A program made the translations under genes and the position numbers. Positions 19,710 to 30,300 of a stretch of DNA of 60,600 nucleotides are shown piece by piece. Location: positions 1 to 60,600 of the forward strand of contig JAWXBX010000234.1 in NCBI GenBank assembly GCA_034440415.1, read 5' to 3'. Source of the DNA: Gemmatimonadota bacterium. GTDB taxonomy: Bacteria > Gemmatimonadota > Gemmatimonadetes > Gemmatimonadales > GWC2-71-9. Position 1 is the first letter of the stretch; each line of letters starts with the position of its first letter. The notes beneath the pieces are model-generated. The model was not told where the DNA came from and made no database searches. It saw only the letters and a list, made by a program, of their open reading frames with translations.

Positions 19710-21635
19710 ATGTGCGGAATCGTCGCGATCTACTCCCCGACTGGCAGCGTCTCCCCGGCTGACCTCGAACGGGCGACCCGGCGGCTGGAACACCGGGGAC
19801 CTGACGGACAACAGCAGTGGATCGCCGGGCATGGTCGCGTCGGCCTGGGCCACGCCCGGCTCAGCATCATCGATCTGACGACCGGGGACCAGCCGATCGC
19901 GAGCGAGGATGGCCGAACGCACATTGTGGCGAATGGCGAGTTCTACGACTTCGAGCGGATTCAGCACGAGCTGGAGCTGCGCGGCCACCGGCTCCGGACC
20001 CGATCGGACAGCGAAATCGCCCTCCATCTGTACGAGGACCTTGGCGCGGGCTGCCTGTACCAGCTGCGCGGCGAATTCGCCTTCGCGATCTGGGATGAGG
20101 CGCATCAGACGCTCTTCGCCGCCCGCGACCGCTTCGGGATCAAGCCGCTGTTCTACGCCCGCCACGCCGGCGCGCTGTACCTCGCCTCGGAGGTCAAGGC
20201 GCTCTTCGCGGCGGGGGTTCCCGCCCGGTGGAATCAGCAGCGGGTGTTCGGCAATCTGGCCGGCGGCCATCCCACCGAGACACTGTTCGACGGCATCTCC
20301 CAGGTGCCGCCGGCCCACTACATGCTGGCCACCCCTGGCTACACCCACCTGCATTCCTACTGGGACTTCCACTACCCGCCGGCCGACCGGCCCACCAAGC
20401 ACCATACCGACAAGGAGTATGCGGAGCGGCTGCACCATGAGTTGGGCGAGGCAGTGCGCCTCCGGCTTCGGGCCGACGTGCCGGTGGGCTGCTATCTCAG
20501 TGGCGGACTGGACTCCTGCGCCGTGCTCGGCCTCGCCGCACGGCACCAGGTCGATCCGATCCGTGCCTTTACCCTGACCTTCGACCGGCCCGACTACGAT
20601 GAGGGCCCGCAGGCCCGGGAGATGGCCAGCCTCGCCGGCGCCGAGTATTTCCCGGTCCCGATCCGGCAGTCCGACCTGGCCGATCACTTCTTCGACGCCA
20701 CCGCCGCCTCTGAGGCATTGTGCTACAACGCCCACGGTGTCGCGAAGTACGTGCTGAGCGATGCGGTGCGGAAGGCGGGATACAAAGTGGTGCTGACGGG
20801 CGAGGGATCCGACGAGATCTTCGGCGGATACGCCCACTTCCGCCGCGACATGCTGCTGTACGACAACGGCGACCAGGATCCCGCCGAGGTCGAGGCCCTG
20901 ATGGCTGAGCTGGTCCGGACCAATCAGGTGTCGCGCGGCCTCCTGCTGCCCGACGGCGAAGGCGTCTCCACCGAGGCCCTCACCCGGCGGCTCGGCTTCA
21001 CCCCGTCATGGATCGCGACATTTGCCACCAGCACCTTCAAGCTGCAGAGTCTCTTTGCCACCGGGTATGCGGAAGGCATCCGGCAGCGCCACGCCTTCAA
21101 AGGCCTGCTCGACGCTCTCGACGTCGGCGGTCAGCTGAGCGGGCGCGCCCCGGTACACCAGTCGCTCTACCTCTGGGCCAAGACGGTGCTGCCGAACTAC
21201 ATCCTCTCGATTCTGGGCGACCGGATGGAGATGGCACACTCGGTGGAAGGACGGCTTCCCTTCCTCGATCACCATGTCGTGGAGCTGATCTGCTCCATGC
21301 CGGTCAGGCAGAAGATCCGCAGCATGACCGAAAAGTACGTGCTGCGGGAGGCGACCAGGGGCGTCATCACCGATACGGTCTACAATCGCCAGAAACACCC
21401 GTTCCTGAGTCCGCCGGCAACGCTCGACCAGGATGGCCGGCTCAGCCAGCTGATGCAGGACACCCTTCGCGGCCCGATCATGAAGTCGCTGCCATTCTTC
21501 GACCAGCGCAAGGTGGCAGCGCTGCTGAATGCCCTCCCCGGCATGAGCGACGGCGACCGCACCGCCGTCGACCAGGTCCTCATGCTGATGCTGAGCGCCT
21601 GCGTGCTGCAGGACCGGTTCGGGCTTTCGGGTTGA
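19710..21635 (+). CDS. asnB: Asparagine synthase (glutamine-hydrolysing), AsnB family
   Basis: The start is set at MCGIVAI because the N-terminal Cys nucleophile is required. It has a GATase-II domain and an SGGLDS PP-loop (CYLSGGLDSC). Confidence 0.9.
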   Translation: MCGIVAIYSPTGSVSPADLERATRRLEHRGPDGQQQWIAGHGRVGLGHARLSIIDLTTGDQPIASEDGRTHIVANGEFYDFERIQHELELRGHRLRTRSDSEIALHLYEDLGAGCLYQLRGEFAFAIWDEAHQTLFAARDRFGIKPLFYARHAGALYLASEVKALFAAGVPARWNQQRVFGNLAGGHPTETLFDGISQVPPAHYMLATPGYTHLHSYWDFHYPPADRPTKHHTDKEYAERLHHELGEAVRLRLRADVPVGCYLSGGLDSCAVLGLAARHQVDPIRAFTLTFDRPDYDEGPQAREMASLAGAEYFPVPIRQSDLADHFFDATAASEALCYNAHGVAKYVLSDAVRKAGYKVVLTGEGSDEIFGGYAHFRRDMLLYDNGDQDPAEVEALMAELVRTNQVSRGLLLPDGEGVSTEALTRRLGFTPSWIATFATSTFKLQSLFATGYAEGIRQRHAFKGLLDALDVGGQLSGRAPVHQSLYLWAKTVLPNYILSILGDRMEMAHSVEGRLPFLDHHVVELICSMPVRQKIRSMTEKYVLREATRGVITDTVYNRQKHPFLSPPATLDQDGRLSQLMQDTLRGPIMKSLPFFDQRKVAALLNALPGMSDGDRTAVDQVLMLMLSACVLQDRFGLSG

Positions 21636-21805
21636 TGGCGATCACACCACCGTGCGCCGCTTCGGGGCACAGCATGCCGGAAGGCACCGCAGCTGAACCC
21701 GTCGCCATCTGCAACCTTCCAGCCCTCCCGACCGTCAGCTTCCCAACCCGCGCCCGCCCCGGTACTATCGGACGCTCGAATTTCCGCAGATCAGGGACGC
21801 ACACC

Positions 21806-22447
21806 ATGATTGAGATGATATCGCGAGTCCGGGTGGCACCGTTACTCGTCGCCCTGACCCTCGTCGCCAGTGGCACCGCGACCGGTGCGTCCGCTCAGGC
21901 CTCGGCCCAGGACGCCGGACAGCATCCGTTCTACACCGCGGCGGATGTCGCCTTCATGACCGGCATGATCAGCCACCACGCGCAGGCGGTGCTGATCGCC
22001 GGCTGGGCGCCCTCGCATGGCGCCAGTCCGTCGCTGCGGGCCCTGTGCGAACGAATCGTCGTCGGCCAGCAGGACGAGATCACCCTGATGAAGCGTTGGC
22101 TCCGCGACCGGCGTGAACCGGTGCCGGACGGAGATGCGTCTCACGGCATGATGCCGGGAATGGACCACGCGATGATGCCGATGATGGCCGGCATGCTGAC
22201 CGCGGAGCAGCTGGTCCAGCTGGACCAGGCGCGGGGCCCGGAGTTCGACCGGATGTTTCTCACGTTCATGATCCAGCATCACCAGGGCGCCATCGTGATG
22301 GTGGACCAACTGTTCGGATCGAAGGGCGCCGGCGAGGAGGAGCGGGTCTTCCGCTTTGCCTCCGACGTCTATGCCGATCAGACGACCGAGATCGACCGCA
22401 TGCAGAAGATGCTCGCCGCACTCCCTTCCGAGGGACGCAGCCCCTGA
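21806..22447 (+). CDS. DUF305-domain secreted protein
   Basis: ATG 21806 followed by a signal peptide. The motif is duplicated (MISHHAQAVLIA and MIQHHQGAIVMV). The upstream part of the 479-aa track ORF is an off-frame read of asnB. Confidence 0.8.
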   Translation: MIEMISRVRVAPLLVALTLVASGTATGASAQASAQDAGQHPFYTAADVAFMTGMISHHAQAVLIAGWAPSHGASPSLRALCERIVVGQQDEITLMKRWLRDRREPVPDGDASHGMMPGMDHAMMPMMAGMLTAEQLVQLDQARGPEFDRMFLTFMIQHHQGAIVMVDQLFGSKGAGEEERVFRFASDVYADQTTEIDRMQKMLAALPSEGRSP

Positions 22448-24510
22448 TGCTCCCGTTACCCCCCTTTCCCGTCTCCTCACAGGATTCCTCCATGGTATTG
22501 GCTCCCACAGCCCGCTGGTCCGGCACACCGCGTACCGCCTTCTCCCTCCGGTCCCTCTCGCTCGCGCTCGGCGTGCTGTCCCTCGCGGGCTGCGCCTCGT
22601 CCTCTTCCTCCGCGGCCGGCCACGACATGTCGGCCATGGCGCCCAAGGTGGATCCGCGGGTCGGACTCCGCGCGGGGATGTGGGACGCCGCCGAAGCCGC
22701 CTGGAACGTGCGCCTGGTCTCGACGACACGCCCATCGGAGAAATTCCTCGGCAGCACCAACTCCGACCTCTCCTTCAGCGGGCCCTACGCCATTCAGGGC
22801 AGCTACAACGGCTTCCAGGTCTGGGACATCTCGAACCCGGCCAAGCCGTCGCTGAAGACGGCCTACCTCTGTCCGGCCTCACAAAGCGATGTGTCGGTGT
22901 ACAAGAACCTCCTCTTCGTCTCGGGTGAGGGAAATGGCGGCCGGCTCGACTGCGGTACGCAGGGGGTGCGCGACACCGTGAGCACCGATCGCCTCCGCGG
23001 CATCCGGATCTTTGACATCACCGATATCAGCGCGCCGAAGTACCTCGCCAACGTGCAAACCTGCCGCGGTTCGCATACCCACACCGTGCTCGAGGATCCG
23101 AACGACAAGGAGAATGTGTACGTCTACGTCTCCGGTTCGGCAGGAGTCCGCTCACCCAACGAACTGCCCGGCTGCTCCAAGCTGGCGCCAGATCAGGACC
23201 CGAACTCCGCGCTCTTCCGCATCGAAGTCATCAAGGTGCCGCTGGCCCACCCGGAGCAGGCGAAGGTCGTGAGCTCGCCGCGGATCTTCAATGACCTGGT
23301 TGCTCCGCCGGAACATGGCGAAGCGCCGGAAGACATTGCCGCGAACGCCAAGGAAGTCGCCGAGGCGAAGGCCAAGGGGCTCTTCACGATCAAGTTCAAC
23401 GGGGAAGAAATGGTGTTGCCGGCGCGGTTCGTGACCCCGATGCTCGACAGCGTGGCCAAGGCGCGCGGCAACACGACCGGAGTGGCGACCAGTGCGGACA
23501 GCGCCGCGCTGCGCTCCGCAGTGCAAGGCATCATCGACAAGATGTTTGGCGCTCCCCCCGCCCCCGGCAACGGCCCGCGTCCCGGTCCGACCCAGTGTCA
23601 CGATATCACCGTCTATCCGGCCATTGGTCTGGCGGGTGGTGCGTGCGGCGGATACGGGCTTCTGCTCGACATCCGCGATCCGGCCAACCCCAAGCGGATC
23701 GACGCCGTCTCCGACTCGAACTTCTCCTACTGGCATTCGGCGACATTCAACAACGACGGCACCAAGATCCTCTTTTCGGATGAGTGGGGCGGCGGCGGCG
23801 GGCCCAAGTGCCGTGCCACCGACAAGCCGGAGTGGGGCGCCGACGCGATCTTCACGCTGGCCAACAACAAGATGACGTTCAAGAGCTACTACAAGATGCC
23901 GGCCCCCCAGACGTCGCTGGAGAACTGCGTGGCGCACAACGGCTCGCTCATCCCGATTCCCGGGCGGGACGTCATGGTGCAGTCGTGGTACCAGGGCGGC
24001 ATTTCGATCTTCGACTGGACCGACGCCAGCCACCCGAAGGAGATCGCCTTCCACGACCGCGGGCCGGCGGACTCGACCGAAATGGGCAACGCCGGGACGT
24101 GGTCGGTGTACTGGTACAACGGCGTGATGGTCAGCTCCGAAATCGGCCGTGGTCTGGACATCTTCGAGCTGACGCCGAGCGCCTACGTCTCGCAGAACGA
24201 GATCGACGCCGCCAAGCTGGTGAAGTTCGACTACTTCAACACCCAGGGCCAGCCGAAGTTCGTCTGGCCGGCGAGCTTTGCCGTACCGCGCGCCTACCTG
24301 GACCAGCTCGAACGCTCGAAGGGGCTGGCCGCTGGCAGGATCGCCGCAACTCGGGCAGCTCTCGCCAGCGCGGAAAAGCTCTCCGGTCAGGCGCGCAAGG
24401 ACGCGCTCACCAAGTTGACCACCCAGCTGCACGCCGATGCCGTCGGCGCGGCCGATGAAGCCAAGGCCCACATGCTGGCCTCCGCTGTCGGCAAGCTCGC
24501 CACCATGTAG
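22447..24510 (+). CDS. Large lipoprotein, beta-propeller-like (LVIVD-repeat-like)
   Basis: 687-aa ORF with lipobox LSLAGC. Repeated hydrophobic-strand blocks are present (LLFVSGEG, VYVYVSGS, ...). The start overlaps the DUF305 stop (TGATG), and ATG 22492 is an alternative start. The family call is from memory of the repeat pattern. Confidence 0.6.
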   Translation: MLPLPPFPVSSQDSSMVLAPTARWSGTPRTAFSLRSLSLALGVLSLAGCASSSSSAAGHDMSAMAPKVDPRVGLRAGMWDAAEAAWNVRLVSTTRPSEKFLGSTNSDLSFSGPYAIQGSYNGFQVWDISNPAKPSLKTAYLCPASQSDVSVYKNLLFVSGEGNGGRLDCGTQGVRDTVSTDRLRGIRIFDITDISAPKYLANVQTCRGSHTHTVLEDPNDKENVYVYVSGSAGVRSPNELPGCSKLAPDQDPNSALFRIEVIKVPLAHPEQAKVVSSPRIFNDLVAPPEHGEAPEDIAANAKEVAEAKAKGLFTIKFNGEEMVLPARFVTPMLDSVAKARGNTTGVATSADSAALRSAVQGIIDKMFGAPPAPGNGPRPGPTQCHDITVYPAIGLAGGACGGYGLLLDIRDPANPKRIDAVSDSNFSYWHSATFNNDGTKILFSDEWGGGGGPKCRATDKPEWGADAIFTLANNKMTFKSYYKMPAPQTSLENCVAHNGSLIPIPGRDVMVQSWYQGGISIFDWTDASHPKEIAFHDRGPADSTEMGNAGTWSVYWYNGVMVSSEIGRGLDIFELTPSAYVSQNEIDAAKLVKFDYFNTQGQPKFVWPASFAVPRAYLDQLERSKGLAAGRIAATRAALASAEKLSGQARKDALTKLTTQLHADAVGAADEAKAHMLASAVGKLATM

Positions 24511-24538
24511 CCGTGGTCGCATGGCACCATGAGGTAGA

Positions 24539-24577
24539 GCCCCCGATCTCCCGTGTGCGGAGATCGGGGGCTTTCTC
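24539..24577 (+). terminator. Rho-independent terminator between convergent genes
   Basis: A 13-bp stem, GCCCCCGATCTCC (24539-24551) paired with GGAGATCGGGGGC (24559-24571), with a 7-nt loop, followed by tttctc. Confidence 0.75.
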
Positions 24578-24603
24578 ATGCATCCCTCCGTCGTGTCCGT
24601 CGG

Positions 24604-26700
<2,097 letters not shown>

Positions 26701-26709
26701 GGGAGGGTA

Positions 26710-26749
26710 GGCGATTGGGCGATTGAGCGATTGGCGGATTGGGCGATTG
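26710..26749. repeat. Octamer tandem repeat, 5 units (GGCGATTG GGCGATTG AGCGATTG GCGGATTG GGCGATTG)
   Basis: Read directly. It is intergenic between the CoA-ligase stop (26787) and the FadB-like start (26700) and ends 9 nt upstream of that ATG on the coding strand. Confidence 0.9.
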
Positions 26750-26786
26750 GAAAGGTAGGGCCAGGCAGCGGTACTGTCGCTACCGC

Positions 26787-28331
26787 CTAATCGCCAGATC
26801 GCCGCTCCGCCCGCAACTTGCCCCGATCCACTTTCCCCAGATGCGTCGTCGGGAGCGCATCCACGAAGATCACCTCCCGCGGGTGCTTGTACGGCTCCAG
26901 CCGCTCCCGCACGAAGGCCTTGAGCTCTTCGGCCAGATCGTCGCGCCGCTCCCGTGCAATCACATAGGCGTGCGGCTTGACCAGTCCGTTCGCGTCCGCC
27001 ACGCCGACCACCGCCACTTCCGAGACCGCCGGATGCAGCAACAGGCAGCCCTCCACTTCGGTGGCCGAGAGCCACTTGCCACCGACCTTGAGCAGTTCGT
27101 CGGCCCGGCCGCCGTAGGTGTAGTAACCGTCGGCATCACGCCGGATCAGGTCACCCGACACCACCCACTCGCCCCGGAATGCAGTCTGGCTCTTCTCCAG
27201 CTGCTGCCAGTAGCCGAGCGCCCGCGACCCGCCCCGCACCCAGAGCTGACCGGTTTCACCGTCAGCCAGTGCGCGTCCCTCATCATCCGCCACCTTCACC
27301 TCGAAGCCCGGGACGACCTCTCCCAGCGTCCCCCGGCGAATCCGGCCCGCCCGGTTGGATATGAAGATGTGCCACATCTCGGCGGTGCCGAGTCCGTCGA
27401 GCAGCGGAACACCGAAGCCCTCGTCCCAGCGGACGTGCAGCTCTTCCGGCAGCCCCTCCCCCGCCGACGTGGCCAGGCGGAGCGAGGAGAAGTCCTGCCC
27501 GCCCGCCGCCGGATGACTCACCATCTGATTGATCATGGTGGGGACGGTGACCAGAACGGTGGGTCGGTGTGTCCTGATCTGGGCAAAGAGCACCTCGGCA
27601 GTGCAGCGCTCGCCAAAGAGCACCGCCGCGGCGCCGGCGGCAAAAGGGAACAGCAGATTGGAGCCGGTGGCGTAACCAAAGTACAGCTTGGGCACCGAGA
27701 TGGTGATATCGTCCTCGGTGTAGCTGAGTACGTGATGAGCATAGCACTGGGCGGTGTTCACGAACGATCGATGCGGCTGCACCGCCGCCTTGGGCCGGCC
27801 GGTGGTGCCGCCGGAGAACAGCCAGATGGCGGCGTCGTCGGGATGCGTGGGGAAATTCCGCCAGCTGTCGGGTGCTGCCGCGACGCGCGCCTCCCATTCG
27901 CTGCCGCCAACGATCAGTAAGGTCGGCGGGTGCGCCGACCGGCTGGCGGCCGCGCGGAAGGCGTCGGCGGCCTCCGCCGCCACCAGCGCCACGCTGGCGC
28001 GGCTGTAGCCGAAGAAATACTCGATGGTCTCGGGTTTGAGTTCCGGGTTGACCATGACCACGACGGCCCCGATCTTCAGGGTACCGAACAGGGCCGCGAC
28101 ATAGTCCGGGCCATCCGGCAGGGCGATGATCACCCGCTGTTCGGGAGCCACCCCCGCCGACCTCAGCAGGTTGGCATACCGATTGGCCAGCGCTTGTACC
28201 TCCCGGTAACTCCACCGTCCGGCATCGGTGATCAGCGCGGTCCGGTCGCCCCGGCCCTCACGCACCCGAGCATCGAGAAAGAAGTCGGCGATATTCAGCT
28301 GCGCCGGTGGTTCGGAGGTCATGGCCGACAT
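26787..28331 (-). CDS. AMP-dependent acyl/aryl-CoA ligase, benzoate-CoA ligase family
   Basis: The start is MSAMTSEPP. The AMP-binding motif is FSGGTTGRPKAA. The N-terminal NIADFFLD...GRGDRTALI and C-terminal ...YKHPREVIFVDALPTTHLGKVDRGKLR are typical of the family. Confidence 0.9.
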   Translation of the reverse strand: MSAMTSEPPAQLNIADFFLDARVREGRGDRTALITDAGRWSYREVQALANRYANLLRSAGVAPEQRVIIALPDGPDYVAALFGTLKIGAVVVMVNPELKPETIEYFFGYSRASVALVAAEAADAFRAAASRSAHPPTLLIVGGSEWEARVAAAPDSWRNFPTHPDDAAIWLFSGGTTGRPKAAVQPHRSFVNTAQCYAHHVLSYTEDDITISVPKLYFGYATGSNLLFPFAAGAAAVLFGERCTAEVLFAQIRTHRPTVLVTVPTMINQMVSHPAAGGQDFSSLRLATSAGEGLPEELHVRWDEGFGVPLLDGLGTAEMWHIFISNRAGRIRRGTLGEVVPGFEVKVADDEGRALADGETGQLWVRGGSRALGYWQQLEKSQTAFRGEWVVSGDLIRRDADGYYTYGGRADELLKVGGKWLSATEVEGCLLLHPAVSEVAVVGVADANGLVKPHAYVIARERRDDLAEELKAFVRERLEPYKHPREVIFVDALPTTHLGKVDRGKLRAERRSGD

Positions 28332-28384
28332 CCCAGAAGGAGAAGAGCGGTGAGGACACAATAACCGTGCATACGTTCGCCGCA

Positions 28385-29134
28385 ATGACCTGGGAAGAGG
28401 CGCGGGACGCCGCGGGGCCGGGAGCAGTCGCCATCCTGCCGGTGGGCGCTATCGAGGCCCACGGGCCGCATCTGCCCCTCGAGACCGACGTGATCATCGC
28501 CGAAGCGATGGCGCGCGCCTGCGCCGCGCGGCTCACCGCGCGAGGCATGGCTGCCGTGATGCTTCCGTCGCTGGCGTACACCTCCGCGGCCTTTGCCCGG
28601 GGCTTCGCCGGGACGATCTCGCTCCGGCCGGAGACGGTGACAGCGATGATCGTGGATCTTGGCCAGAGCCTGGCCCACCAGGGATTCGGCGTCCTGGCCG
28701 TCGCCAATGCGCATCTCGATCCGGGGCATCTCACCTCACTGGACGTCGCCGTCGGCGAAATCCGCCGCGACACCAGGTTGGCGGTCGCCTTTCCCAATCT
28801 TGCCACCAAGCCATGGGCGCTCCGGCTCACCGAGGAATTCAGGAACGGCGCCTGCCACGCGGGCCAGTTCGAGACGTCAGTGCTCCTCGCCACCCGCCCC
28901 GAACTGGTGCGTGAGACCATCCGGGCGGCGCTGTCACCGAATCCGGCATCACTCTCACGCGCCATTAGAGACGGCAAGCGGAGTTTCGAGGAGGCGGGCG
29001 GTGCGCGCGCCTATTTCGGTTTTCCCGCCGAGGCCACCGCCGAAGAAGGCCGGTCTACCATTCAGGTTCTGGGAATGATCCTCGAAGAAGCGGTCCAGGC
29101 CGAACTCGGCAGCAGGACCGGAGGTACCCGGTGA
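28385..29134 (+). CDS. Creatininase-family amidohydrolase
   Basis: Shows MTWEEARD...AILPVGAIEAHGPHLPL.TD and later HAG..ETS. GTG 28367 is an alternative start. The gene is divergent from the CoA ligase, with a gap of only about 35-53 bp. Confidence 0.8.
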   Translation: MTWEEARDAAGPGAVAILPVGAIEAHGPHLPLETDVIIAEAMARACAARLTARGMAAVMLPSLAYTSAAFARGFAGTISLRPETVTAMIVDLGQSLAHQGFGVLAVANAHLDPGHLTSLDVAVGEIRRDTRLAVAFPNLATKPWALRLTEEFRNGACHAGQFETSVLLATRPELVRETIRAALSPNPASLSRAIRDGKRSFEEAGGARAYFGFPAEATAEEGRSTIQVLGMILEEAVQAELGSRTGGTR

Positions 29135-30300
29135 ACGGCCCTGCGGGCCGGGTCGCGGTGGTGACGGGCGCCGGGCGTGGCATCGGGGCGGCGTCCGCGC
29201 GGGCGCTCGCGGCGGCAGGATTCTCGGTCGTGGTCTCGGCCCGGAGCCGCGACCGGATCGAGGCGGTTGCGGCCGAGCTGATCGGGATGGGCAAACGGGC
29301 CAGGCCGGTCGTGTGCGATGTGACCAGCGAGGAGAGCGTCCAGACACTCTTCCGCGAAGCGGGCGAGTTCGGGCCGGTGGCGGTGCTGGTCAACAATGCC
29401 GGTGCCGCCGCCTCGATGTCTGTCATCAAGACCTCGCTGGATGAGTGGAACCGCCTCATGGCCGTCAACGCCACCGGCGCGTTCCTCTGCACCAGGGCAG
29501 TGCTACCCGGCATGATCGAACGGAAGTGGGGCCGGGTGGTGAACGTGGCCTCCACCGCCGGGCTGCAGGGCGCCAAGTACATCGCCGCCTACTCCGCGGC
29601 CAAGCACGCGCTGATGGGATTGACCCGGTCGACAGCGGCGGAAGTGGCGAGCACCGGCGTCACGGTGAACGCCGTCTGTCCCGGCTTCGTCGACACTGAA
29701 ATGACCACCGAGTCGCTGGACCGCATCATCGCCAAGACCGGCCGCGGCCGGGAAGAGGCACTCGCCGCGGCACTCGCTTCGGCCGGCCAGAGCCGGCTGA
29801 TCACGGCGGACGAGGTGGCGCTGGCGGTGGCGGCGCTCTGCGCCGACCGTGCCGATTCGCCTAACGGAGAGGCGGTGGTGCTCGACGGGCGGGAACCGAT
29901 GGCGGGCCGCTATACAATCATCAATCCCGAAGAACTCGGTGCGCCCCGCGGCTGGAGCAACGGAATGCTGGCGCGGGCCGGCGGACGAGTGCTGTTCATC
30001 GCGGGACAAACGGGGGTAAAGGCGGTTGGGCGGTTAGACGGTTTGACAGTTGCCGCCGAGAACTCGGCGCTGGCCCGCAATTTCGTGGACCAGTTTGACC
30101 GGGCGCTCGGTAATGCGCTGACGGTGCTCAGGGAAGCGGGCGGAGTGCCGGCGGATATCGGCCGGTTGACGATCTACGTCACCGATGTCACCCAGTATCG
30201 CGACAGCCTCAAGCCGCTCGGCGCGGTCTACCGCAAGCGCATGGGCACCCACTACCCCGCCATGGCGCTGGTCGAGGTACGGGCGCTGGTGGACCAGCGC
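29131..30300 (+). CDS. SDR-family oxidoreductase fused in frame to a RidA/YjgF-like domain, 3'-truncated by the palindrome axis
   Basis: The GTG start overlaps the upstream stop (GTGA). SDR motifs are TGAGRGIGAA, NNAG, S...YSAAK and PGFVDT. From about aa 257 (MAGRYTIINPEEL...FIAGQTG...RLTIYVTD...HYPAMALVEVRAL) it is RidA-like. Beyond nt 30300 the ORF is just the antisense of itself. Confidence 0.8.
30021..30052. repeat. Octamer tandem repeat, 4 progressively degenerate units (GGCGGTTG GGCGGTTA GACGGTTT GACAGTTG) inside the SDR-RidA CDS
   Basis: Read directly. It encodes ..KAVGRLDGLTVA.. within the RidA-like domain. Confidence 0.8.

Noticed and set aside
26710-26749. CRISPR array
   Set aside because: The units are 8 nt, directly tandem and without spacers, and no cas genes are present. 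This is a microsatellite-like repeat, not CRISPR.
26701-27075. 125-aa N-terminal extension of the FadB-like ORF (track ORF 24604..27075, 823 aa)
   Set aside because: The extension overlaps the 3' end of the CoA-ligase gene in another frame, reads through the octamer repeats (..NRPIRQSLNRPIAYPP..) and is Gly/Arg-rich. The crotonase domain begins at MPHVDYR (start 26700).
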